Source: Pedosphaera sp.
Lineage (GTDB): Bacteria; Verrucomicrobiota; Verrucomicrobiia; Limisphaerales; SIBH01
NCBI GenBank assembly: GCA_031414955.1
Contig: JANOQV010000098.1
Location: forward strand, 1 to 18,545
Length of the DNA stretch: 18,545 nt
Direction of reading: 5' to 3'
A program made the position numbers and the translations under genes. Under the pieces are notes generated by a model that was given only the letters and a program-made list of their open reading frames with translations, made no database searches and was not told the origin of the DNA. Of the stretch, positions 8,362-17,684 are shown one piece after another; within the stretch, counting starts at the first letter, position 1, and every line of letters starts with the position of its first letter.

Positions 8362-8674
8362 TCAAACGTAAAGCGCCGCCTGCAACTCCAGCACCAACAT
8401 GTTCATGATGGGGTGGCGCTTGTTCGGATCGCGCTCCAGGCATTTGAGGATGGTTTTCTCCAGCGCGGGTGGGATGCCGGGATTCACTTCGCGCGGCGGG
8501 GCGAGGAAGTGCATGTCGAGTTGCTGGCGGAGCACGTCCTCGGGCGTCTCGCCGGGGAAGGGCTTGCTGCCGGTGAGCAGTTCATACGCAGTGACGCCAA
8601 AGGCAAAGATGTCCACGCGATGGTCGATGCCGGCGCGGCGCAGTTGCTCGGGCGCCATGTAGCTGGGCGTGCCG
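8362..8674 (-). pseudogene. C-terminal fragment of a Hanks-type Ser/Thr kinase (subdomains VIII-XI)
   Basis: Motifs GTPSYMAPEQ, DIFAFGVTAYELLTG and KCLERDPNKR. No DFG, HRD or ATP-binding lobe upstream, where the frame closes within a few codons. Confidence 0.88.
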
Positions 8675-8786
8675 TTCGAGGGTGCGATCACGTCGAGCTT
8701 TCATTGCACGAACTGCCGCGAGATGGGATTGCACTTTGCCGCAGAGCATTCCGCGGTCGCGGCGCGCGGGCCGGTGCTGGACGCCA

Positions 8787-9089
8787 TTCAGCGCGCGGGT
8801 CATGGATTATAAAGGCGGCGTGAAGCAGACGAACATCACCACTTTGTTCTACACGGACCCGCTGCACGTCATCACTCCGGGCGGGATGATCACCAACACC
8901 TTCCGCCTCTGCATGGTGGGCGAGACAGGCCAGACCTACCAGGTGTTCGGCAGCACGAACATTGCGACGCCCGGATCGAACTGGGTGAATCTCGGAGTGA
9001 TGGAACTGCTGACCAACGGGCCGCTGCGTTTCGTGGACACAAACGCGACAAACTTCGGGCAACGCTTCTATCGCGCAAAACAGCAGTAG
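8787..9089 (+). pseudogene. C-terminal fragment of a secreted protein with FYR domain
   Basis: FSARVMDYKGG (resembles the last strands of an Ig-like domain), then GETGQTYQVFGSTNI...NW...FVDTNATNFGQRFYRAKQQ. No signal peptide or credible N-terminus. Confidence 0.7.
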
Positions 9090-9100
9090 GCGAGAGACGG

Positions 9101-9706
9101 TCAGGGCTGTTCGCGCACGGAGGAGACGCGCGCCTCGGTGACGGACTTCTGGACCAGCAGCGCGCGGAAGGACCATCGACCGCGCGGCTCGATGGTGTCC
9201 TTGTAATCCCGGGCGCTGCCGAGCCGGGTGCCTGCGGCATCGAACAGGCCCAGTTCGACGGTGACGCCATAGCGCGGTTTTTCGGTCTCGTTCTTGATCG
9301 TGCCCACGGCATAAACCAGCGTGCTGCCGGCCGTACTTTCAATCCGGGCGGGGGCGGCGGAGAAGCCGTCGAAATTCTCGGCGCGGGGCGCGGGCGGTGT
9401 GGCTTTGGGAGCGGCCAGGACGATTGAGCGGGCATCTGCGGCGCGTGCTTTTTTCGCCAATCGTTGAGCTAGGATCAGCGCGCCCACCACCCCGGCCACG
9501 CCCACCATGAGAACCATTGCGCCCGCCATAATCCACTTCCGGTTCCGCGAGTCGAATGCCGAGGTGGGCGCAGGCAGCACGAGGGCCAGTTCGGTTGGCT
9601 GGGCGCAGTGCGGACAGTCGATGCTCAGTCCGAGTCCTTCGGCGGGAAACTCGATGTGTCCCCCGCATTGCGCACAACTGCATTTGAGAAAACTCTTCGC
9701 GCTCAT
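9101..9706 (-). CDS. Zinc-ribbon + TM + FxLYD-domain protein
   Basis: Start MSAKSFLKCSCAQC...CPHC; TM WIMAGAMVLMVGVAGVVGALIL; C-terminal GTIKNET...VTVELGLFDAAGTRLG...IEPRGRWSF. Confidence 0.85.
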   Translation of the reverse strand: MSAKSFLKCSCAQCGGHIEFPAEGLGLSIDCPHCAQPTELALVLPAPTSAFDSRNRKWIMAGAMVLMVGVAGVVGALILAQRLAKKARAADARSIVLAAPKATPPAPRAENFDGFSAAPARIESTAGSTLVYAVGTIKNETEKPRYGVTVELGLFDAAGTRLGSARDYKDTIEPRGRWSFRALLVQKSVTEARVSSVREQP

Positions 9707-9778
9707 GGAATGGCGCGACCGAAGTTTCCAAGAAACCAATCTCGCGCCCGATTCGTCCTGTATGCTATTGCTGAAATT

Positions 9779-11203
9779 ATGAACGCCACAAACAAATACA
9801 TCGCCGGGCACGCGGCGAAACCTGAGGACTTTTTCCAGACCCGACGGCAGTTCCTACAGCGCGCCGGCATGGGCTTTGGGGCGCTGGGACTGGCGGGTTT
9901 GATGGGCGGGAGCCTCGTGCCGTCCCAGGCCGCCGCTGCGGACGTGATGAATCCGCTCTCCCCGAAAGCGCCGCACTTCCCCGCCAAGGCCAAGCACGTC
10001 GTGCATATTTTCGCCCAAGGCGCTCCCTCGCAGGTGGACACTTGGGACCCGAAACCTGCGCTGGCCAAATACGACGGCAAGCCAATCCCCGGCCAGAACG
10101 GCGGCCTGGCCATGGCCTCTCCGTTCAAGTTCGCCAAGCACGGCAAGTCGGGCATTGAGGTCAGTGAAGTCTTCCCCAAACTCGCGCAGCACGTCGATGA
10201 ACTGGCCATCATCCGCTCCTGTTACACGGACATTCCCGCCCATGATGTCGCGACCACCTTCATGAACACCGGCTCGCTGCGCCTCTCGCGGCCGAGCATT
10301 GGCTCATGGGTGCTGTATGGGTTGGGCACGGAGAACCAGAACATGCCGGGGTTTGTTTCGCTGCGGCCCGGCGGCCAGCCGGGCAGTTCCAACTGGGGTT
10401 CGGCTTTCTTGCCCGGCGTCTTCCAGGGCGTGAGCATCAACACTCAGGACACCGACGTGAATGCGCTCATCCAAAACATCCGCAATCAGTACACCGTGCT
10501 GCCCGAGCAACGTCGCCAGCTTGACCTCGTGCATAAGCTGAACGAAATCCACAGCCAGAATCTCCAGAAGGAGGCGCAGCTCGAAGCGCGCCTCCAGGCC
10601 TACGAGATGGCCTTCAAGATGCAGACCGAGGCCACGGATGCTTTCGACATCACCAAGGAATCCGCCGAGACGCGCGCCGCCTACGGCAACACGAATCAGG
10701 GGCGGCAACTGCTCATCACCCGCCGCCTGATCGAACGCGGCGTGCGCTTCGTGCAAGTGTGGGCGGGCGGATGGGACCATCATCAGGACATCGAGGATCG
10801 CCTGCCGCAGAAAGCGAGAGAGATTGATCAGCCGTTCGCCGCCTTCCTCACCGATCTGAAGAAGCGCGGACTTTTCGACAGCACGCTGGTCATGTGGGGC
10901 GGCGAATTCGGCCGCAAGCCGGTCAAGGATCGCAACGGCAACGACAATCCCGGCCGCGACCATAACAACAAGGCTTTCACCACTGTGCTCGCGGGCGGCG
11001 GAGTAAAGGGCGGCACGGTCTATGGCGCGACGGATGAATTCGGAGCCGCCGCCGTGACGGACAAGGTTCACGTCCACGACATCCACGCCACGCTGCTCGC
11101 GCTGCTTGGCTTCGACCACGAGAAGCTGACCTTCCGCAACAACGGCCGCGACTTCCGGCTGACGGAAGTCTATGGCCATGTGGTCAAGGGCATCATGGCG
11201 TAA
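9779..11203 (+). CDS. DUF1501 sulfatase-like protein with Tat-like signal
   Basis: Motifs TRRQFL, HFPAKAKHVVHIFAQGAPSQVDTWDPKP, RRLIERGVRFVQV, WDHH, WGGEFGR, GRDH, YGATDEFG and VHVHDIHAT. ATG at 9779. Confidence 0.93.
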   Translation: MNATNKYIAGHAAKPEDFFQTRRQFLQRAGMGFGALGLAGLMGGSLVPSQAAAADVMNPLSPKAPHFPAKAKHVVHIFAQGAPSQVDTWDPKPALAKYDGKPIPGQNGGLAMASPFKFAKHGKSGIEVSEVFPKLAQHVDELAIIRSCYTDIPAHDVATTFMNTGSLRLSRPSIGSWVLYGLGTENQNMPGFVSLRPGGQPGSSNWGSAFLPGVFQGVSINTQDTDVNALIQNIRNQYTVLPEQRRQLDLVHKLNEIHSQNLQKEAQLEARLQAYEMAFKMQTEATDAFDITKESAETRAAYGNTNQGRQLLITRRLIERGVRFVQVWAGGWDHHQDIEDRLPQKAREIDQPFAAFLTDLKKRGLFDSTLVMWGGEFGRKPVKDRNGNDNPGRDHNNKAFTTVLAGGGVKGGTVYGATDEFGAAAVTDKVHVHDIHATLLALLGFDHEKLTFRNNGRDFRLTEVYGHVVKGIMA

Positions 11204-11318
11204 CCGCCACGGTCTTTCCTTCACGCCGCGTTTCGACCCGCCCGGAACGCGGCATGTTCATTCTCCGTCCAGCCGGAAGCAGCACGCCTGAACCTTGCCC
11301 CCAAGTCACGGACGCGTG

Positions 11319-11339
11319 GTAGAGCGCGTCGCTCCGCGC
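11319..11339 (+). repeat. Possible solitary GTAG-type REP palindrome
   Basis: GTAG-A-GCGCG-TCGCTC-CGCGC in intergenic DNA. Confidence 0.3.
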
Positions 11340-11453
11340 GCCGCCGCCCGCAACCCCATCAGTGGCACCTGTTAGGTGCGCCCCTATTTTTTGCGCCCCG
11401 CGAATTCCTTCGCCTTTCCCCATCCGCTCCGCTTTCATGGTCGCAGAATTTGC

Positions 11454-12206
11454 ATGGCGATGAACAATCCAGACAGCCAGCCCCCGGTCCATTTCGCCCG
11501 CGAATTTGCCACGACCCATTGGAGCGTCGTTCTCCTCGCGGGCAGCGCGGCGTCGGAACAGGCGGACACGGCCTTGGAACATCTCTGCCGCGCTTACTGG
11601 TATCCGCTTTACGCGTATGTGCGGCGGCAAGGTCACGATGCGCACGACTCCCAGGATTTGACCCAGGATTTTTTCGCGCGCTTTCTGGAGCGGAAACATC
11701 TGCGCCTCGCCGATCCCGGGCGCGGCCGGTTCCGAACCTTCCTGCTCTGCTCGTTGAAGCACTTCCTGATTAACGAATGGGAAAAATCACGGGCGATAAA
11801 ACGCGGCGGCGCGCACACGATTGTCTCCTGAGATGAACAAACGGCAGAGGGACGTTACCTCGCCGAGCCGGTGGCCACACTGACACCCGAGAGCATTTAC
11901 GAAAAGCGCTGGGCCGTCACTCTGCTGGAGAAAGTCCTCGCGCGCCTGCGGGAGAGTTATGTGACTGCGGAGAAGGCTCCGCTCTTTGATGCCCTCAAGC
12001 CCTACGTATGGGGCGACACGATCACGGAGGGCTACGAGGTGCTGGCGGCACGGCTTGGCATGAGCGACGGCGCGGTTCGCGTGGGGATGCACCGTTTGCG
12101 TGAATCGTATCGCGACCTCCTGCGCGATGAGGTGGCGCGCACCGTGGCGTCGCCCGCGGAGGTGGATGAGGAGCTGCGGCACTTGGTCGCCGCGCTGCGC
12201 AGTTAG
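11454..12206 (+). pseudogene. ECF sigma factor (kinase-associated type) with in-frame TGA at 11829-11831
   Basis: FATTHWSVV, LEHLCRAYWYPLYAYVRRQG, DSQDLTQDFF, GRFRTFL, KRGG...IVS*DEQTAEGRY...YEKRWA...LAARLGMSDGAVRVGMHRLR...EVDEELRHL, all in one frame through the stop. Confidence 0.9.
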
Positions 12207-12211
12207 CAGGT

Positions 12212-12303
12212 GGAGCTGCGGACCGCCGAGTCCGCAGAAGCTTTGCTGAAATAAGCCAGGATTGGGAGTGAGGCAAACTGCGGACTTGGAGGTCCGCGAC
12301 TCC
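12212..12303. repeat. Inverted pair of REP-like palindromes (REPIN-like)
   Basis: 12212..12237 matches the reverse complement of 12278..12303 at 22/26. Each arm is itself a hairpin (GCGGAC-N6-GTCCGC). Confidence 0.8.
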
Positions 12304-12306
12304 GGG

Positions 12307-12338
12307 CTGTAACAATTCTGCCGCAGTGCTGTAGCAAC
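12307..12338 (+). promoter_or_regulatory. Putative ECF promoter, copy 1
   Basis: CTGTAAC-N15-CTGTAGCAAC, ending 19 nt before the kinase ATG (12358). Confidence 0.7.
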
Positions 12339-12357
12339 GAAGTAAGTACAACGAACA

Positions 12358-15300
12358 ATGTCCAAGCCCAAAGAGCAACTCTGCGCCAAGTGCGGAGCGG
12401 AACTCGCCGCCTTTGCGACCGAGGGTTTTTGCTCGGCGTGCCTCCTTGAGCGGGGCTTGGGCGCGCTTGATGCCACTTCAGTTGCTGCCACCGAGCGCGT
12501 GACTTCCGCCGCCTCGGAAGCCCCCGGTGATCGCATCGACCGCTACAAGCTCCTCCAACAAATTGGCGAAGGTGGTTGCGGCGTGGTGTACATGGCCGAG
12601 CAGACGGAACCGGTGCGCCGGCGTGTTGCGCTCAAGGTCATCAAACTGGGCATGGACACCCGGCAGGTCATTGGCCGGTTTGAGGCAGAACGCCAGGCGC
12701 TCGCGCTCATGGACCATCCGAACATCGCGAAGGTGTTCGATGCCGGGGCCACGGGGACGGGGCGGCCATATTTTGTGATGGAATTGGTGAAGGGCATTCG
12801 CATCACCGACTATTGCGATCAAAACCACCTCTCCACCCGCCAGCGCCTCGATCTTTTCACGCAGGTTTGTCAGGCCATCCAACACGCACACCAGAAGGGC
12901 ATCATCCATCGCGACATCAAACCCTCGAACATTTTGGTGACGTTGCACGACGGCGTGCCGGTGCCCAAGGTGATCGACTTCGGCATCGCCAAGGCAACCG
13001 AACAACCCTTGACCGAGAAGACAGTGTTCACCGCGCTCGGGCAGTTCATGGGCACGCCCGCCTACATGAGTCCGGAGCAGGCGGAATTGAGCGGCCTGGA
13101 CATCGACACGCGCAGCGACATCTACGCGCTGGGTGTGCTGCTTTACGAATTGCTCACGGGCCGGACGCCCTTTGACGCGAAAGAACTGTGGCAGGCTGGC
13201 CTGGATGAGATGCGCCGCAGAATCCGCGAGGAAGAACCGGTGCGGCCCAGCACCCGGTTGAGCACGATGACCGACGCCGACCTGACCCAAGTCGCCCAGC
13301 ACCGTCAGTCCGAACCGGCCAAGTTGACGCGTTTCCTGCGGGGCGATCTGGACTGGATCGTAATGAAGTGTCTGGAGAAGGACCGGACGCGCCGCTACGA
13401 GACGGCCAACGGACTGGCGACAGATTTGCGGCGACACCTCGACAACGAGCCGGTCTTGGCCTGTCCGCCGAGCGCGACCTACCGATTCCAAAAACTGGTT
13501 CGTCGGAACAAGCTCGGGTTTGCGGCCGTGAGCGCGGTGGCCGCGGCGCTGGTGATCGGATTGGGCATCGCGGCCTGGCAGGTTTTCGAGAAGACCAAGG
13601 CTTACAACCGGGCGGTCGCCGCTGAGAAACAAGCTGGAATCCATGCCAAGGCGGAGGAAGCGCAACGCAAGCAGGCTGAATCGCAACGAGAGCACAACCG
13701 CCAACGTCTTGTGCGTGCCCATGTCTCTCAAGGCGCACAACTGGTCGAGCAGGGCGATTACTTCGGCGCGCTCCCGTGGTTCGTCGAGGCGCTGAACATC
13801 GATCAAGGTCATCCGGACGAGGAGGAGCATCACCGCATGAGGATCGCCGCGGTCCTGGAACAATCGCCCCGACTATTCCACACCTGGTTCCATCAAGGAC
13901 CGGTGCGACATGCTGAGTTCAGTTCCGATGGCCGCAGCATTCTGACGGCGAGCCAGGATCGTACGGCGTGTGTTTGGGATACGTTCACGGGAGTCCGGCG
14001 TGCGGTGTTTCAGCACGCGGATGATGTCCAGCACGCGGCGTTCAGCCCGGATGGAGAACATGTCGTGACCGCCTGTGCCGACGGGACGGTGGTGATTTGG
14101 GATGTTGCCACCGCGAAACCAATTGGCCTGCCGATGAAACACGAGGCCCGCGTGAATCGGGCGGTGTTCAGCGCGGATGGACGCCGGATCGTTTCAGCCA
14201 GCGAAGACAAGACGGCCAGAATTTGGGAGGCCGCGACCGGCGAACCCCTGGCCGTGGCCCTCGGTCACGGCGCCGGAGTCAAGGACGCGCGCTTCAGGCC
14301 GGACGGACGCCACATCGCAACCATCAGCAGCGACACTTCCATTCGCATCTGGGACAGCACCACGGGCAAGCAAATCCATAGCTCGCCCGCTTATTCCCGC
14401 TACGTGTTTGGCGTCAGCTACAGTTCCGACGGCAGCCGGCTGGTTGGGGCCAGTTGGGGGAAGGCACTGGTGCTGGACGGGAAGAGCGGCAGCCGAATCG
14501 CTCCCATACTTGAGCACCTTCAAGGCATCAGAAGCGCCGACTTCAGTCATGATGGCAAGCGCATCATCACAGCCAGTGAAGACCAGACCGTGCGCGTATG
14601 GGACTCGACAACCGGTCACGAGTTGATCGCTCCGCTCCGTCATCCCCACTCGGTGACCCGGGCCTCGTTCAGCCCGACGGGCCAATGGATTATCACCGCC
14701 TGTGACGACGGAGTGGCGCGCATCTGGGACGCGAAGACGTCGGAGCCGGTGGCCCCGTTCTTAAAGCAGAGCGGGCCATTGACCGAGGCGTGTTTCAGTC
14801 CGGGGGGATCCTACGTGTTGACCGCAGGGAGCGACGGCACGGTGCGGTTATGGGACATGGCGAGCAGCCAGCCTCGATCTGTCCCGCTCGATCATGGGGA
14901 TCAGGTCCGCCAAATAAGATTCAGCACCGACGGCCGATGGGTTCTGACAACGAGTGCCGACAGGATTGCACAGGTCTGGGAGGCCTCGACTGGACGAAGG
15001 AGTGGCCCGCGGCTGGAGCACAGTTCTGCGGTGCTGGATGGCTGCTTCAGTCGGGATGGTTCACGAGTCGCGACCGCGAGTATGGGCGGCACGGCGGAGG
15101 TTTGGGATCGCGCATCGGGCCGAAAGCTATTCCCGTCCCTGCTCCACACCGGAGAAGTCGTCCGCATTCAGTTCAGCAAAGCTGGGCGTCAGCTTCTCAC
15201 GGTCAGCGGCAACAAGCTCGTTAACAGAACAGCGCGGCAGGAGTTGAACATCAGCGAAAGTCCAGTCTTCGTGCAGACCTGGGATGTTGAAACAGGCCGG

Positions 15301-17088
15301 CCCATCACCGGTTCGATTCCTTTGGAGAATTCCCTCGGCCCCCTGGACGTGAGCGCAGATGGGCTCCGGATTGTGACTGCCTGCAAGGATGGGTTCTTCC
15401 GCATTTGGGCGACGACCACCGGCCAGTTCCTTGCGACGTTGCCGATCACCAACGGTTTTTTGATGACCGTGACCTTCAGCCCCGACGGAGGGCTTGTGGC
15501 GACGGCGGTGACCAAGTCGGATGTAGGTGAGGTCTCCGTTTGGGAGACCTCCACGGGCCGACCGTTGGCTCCGCCGATCAAGCACCGCAAATTCATCTAC
15601 GAGATGACGTTTAGTCGGGACGGCAGACGCATTGTCACCGCCAGTGCCGATGGCACGGCGCGCCTCTGGGACACCGCGACCAGCCAGCCCACAACCCCGC
15701 CCCTGGTGCATCAATTTGATGTCTTCAGCGCCGATTTCAGCCTAGATGGCCGCCGGGTCGTCACGGGCAGCGGTGACCACACCGCGCGGGTTTGGGACGC
15801 GCAAACCGGGGAACTGATCGGCCCGCCTTACCAGCATAACGGCTATGTGATTCGCGTGGTCTTCAGCCCGGACGGACACCAGATTCTGTCCGCGATGTCG
15901 CAGTCAGTAGATGTGACCAAAATCGAAACGGCCGCCCAGCTTTGGCACCTGCCGACCGATTCGAGGACTGTAGAAGACTTGCAACGGGCCGCCGAGATTC
16001 TCTCCAGCCACCGCATCGACGCCACCAGCAGCCTGGTCCCGCTGGAATCGGAAACCTTGCCAGTCGCCTGGTCCAACTTTGTGCAAAAATCTTCCGGCCC
16101 GAAGTCCGGGGTGGATGAACTGGCGCCCGACTGGCATTGGCGCAAGATGGAACAGGCTGAAAAATCCGGCCGATGGTCCGTGGTGCTCCTCCACGCTGAA
16201 CGACTCATGGCCAGCGGAACAAACCTGACGCGAGGGGGACGGACTGAAGACCGGTTGAAACTCGCCCGAGCCGGAGTGCTGTGCAAAACAGGCCGATTCG
16301 AGGAGGCACAAAAGTTGGTGAGCGAACTTCCCCCCGCCACGATTCAGGCAGAAGCGCAGACGGCCGGGAAGGTCATCCACGCTTTGGGCCGTTGGGCTGC
16401 GGGCGAGAACCGATGGCGGGAAGCCGCCGCTCATTACAACGTGCTCGTCTATGGGGCCGCCAATGGGATTGGACTGGAAAGAGAATTCCATCCAATGACG
16501 ATGGCCTATACCGAGTATGCCGCCTTGCTGGTCACGCTGGGGGATACGAACCGCTATCTGGCACTCCGTGAAGCCGCGCTTCGCAATCACGGTGCCACGC
16601 GTAACCCAACGGCAGGAGAACGAATGCTGATCACTTCCCTGCTTTGGCCGCTGGAGCCAACACAAATGGCAGCGATGACCAACTGGGGGAACATCGCTGT
16701 ATTCACACCTCAGAATCCAAAAGAGTTGGAAGCGTGAGCCAGTGTCGCGCTTGCCCTGTACGAATATCGCCGGGGCGGCTACCAGCAAGCAATCGCGTGG
16801 GGCAAGAAATGCCTCAGCTTCGGTGAGTTTCCCGCCCGCAGTCACCGCGCGCACCTTCTGATGGCCATGTCTTATCTCCAGCTTGGTCAACGCCCGGAAG
16901 CTCAAGCTGAACTGAGCCAATGCCGCGAAACCATCGAGAACAATGCCCGCGGAAGACTGGGCGTTGGAGACTATCAAACCAACGGCCACTGGCACGACAG
17001 ACTCATCAACCACATCCTCCTGCGTGAAGCCGTGATGAACCTGCCCGGGAATCAGTCCGCTGTTCCCAATGTCATCACGGTGAAATGA
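12358..17088 (+). CDS. Membrane Ser/Thr kinase with 16 WD40 repeats and TPR-like tail; in-frame TGA at 16735-16737 cuts off the last ~116 aa
   Basis: CAKC/CSAC N-terminus; motifs [21 protein letters not shown] and [10 protein letters not shown]; a TM segment; 16 WD repeats counted (~13891-15948). The frame continues after the TGA as [13 protein letters not shown]...[10 protein letters not shown]...[14 protein letters not shown] to the TGA at 17088. Confidence 0.92.
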
Positions 17089-17260
17089 GCCGGGAACAGT
17101 TCACGAACCGTTTGTTCCCGCAAACATCGCCCTGGATCGACGTGCGAAGCATCGACTTCCCATCCTTCGGGACCGAATGCGCTCCTTGCCTCCTGGCCCT
17201 GACCGCTGAATGAGTTTTGCCTGGCCACGCTGCCGTGCTCGCCAGGTTTTCCAGGAAAGC

Positions 17261-17292
17261 CGGTAACACCTGCGGTTGCCTTCTGTAGCAGC
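17261..17292 (+). promoter_or_regulatory. Putative ECF promoter, copy 2
   Basis: CGGTAAC-N15-CTGTAGCAGC, ending 6 nt before the ATG at 17299. Confidence 0.65.
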
Positions 17293-17298
17293 AGTTGA

Positions 17299-17583
17299 AT
17301 GCGTGAACTCGTCTGCGCCGAAATTTTCCAAGTACCGGGGAAAGTCCGGCCAGTCGTGGATGGCCAAGAGAACTGCATGAGAATTTGCCGTTGTTGCGGT
17401 AGGTGGATGAACATGTGCAGTCCCAGCAATCCGAATCTTTGCCTGGATTGTGAGACGCTCACGCTCGACGACTCGCCCTCGCGGGCGGCTGGCCAAGCCG
17501 AAACGGAGCCCGCTCCGCAGGAATCGGACAAGGCCAAAACATTTCCTGTAACGAGGGCGGCGGTTCTCTGTAGCAACCGGTGA
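17299..17583 (+). CDS. Small Cys-rich (zinc-ribbon-like) hypothetical protein
   Basis: CRCC...NPNLCLDC followed by an acidic low-complexity tail. Starts immediately after motif copy 2. Confidence 0.6.
   Translation: MRELVCAEIFQVPGKVRPVVDGQENCMRICRCCGRWMNMCSPSNPNLCLDCETLTLDDSPSRAAGQAETEPAPQESDKAKTFPVTRAAVLCSNR
17546..17577 (+). promoter_or_regulatory. Putative ECF promoter, copy 3
   Basis: CTGTAAC-N15-CTGTAGCAAC, in the 3' end of the small ORF, 107 nt before the ATG at 17685. Confidence 0.7.
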
Positions 17584-17684
17584 GTGCCCGAACCGTTCTC
17601 CGCTGAAATGCTCCGGGTGCTGGGAAAAGCCAGCACCGCCGTCATGGATCACGAGTCGGGCCGAATCCAAACCAACGACTCGTT

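Noticed and set aside
11225..11253. Intrinsic terminator after the DUF1501 gene
   Set aside because: There is an 8-bp stem, but the loop is large and no U-tract follows.
11827..11831. Dcm (CCWGG) 5mC deamination as the cause of the sigma stop
   Set aside because: Deamination of the inner methylated C on the minus strand would give TAG, not TGA, and the kinase site is not in a CCWGG context.
11829..16737. Genome-wide TGA reassignment (Trp or Gly) or selenocysteine
   Set aside because: TGA is the evident true stop of 76..936, 938..1792, 2037..2999 (after the terminal Phe) and 3038..4141. TGG is used normally, and neither site is a catalytic Cys-type position.
3008..17013. Long antisense ORFs (3008..4210, 10304..11224, 12478..13863, 15904..17013 and others)
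   Set aside because: They are shadow frames of GC3-biased genes and carry no motifs of their own.
12307..17577. CRISPR array or att sites as an explanation of the triple motif
   Set aside because: The copies are dispersed and bipartite with a variable interior, and sit upstream of starts. No cas or integrase genes are present.
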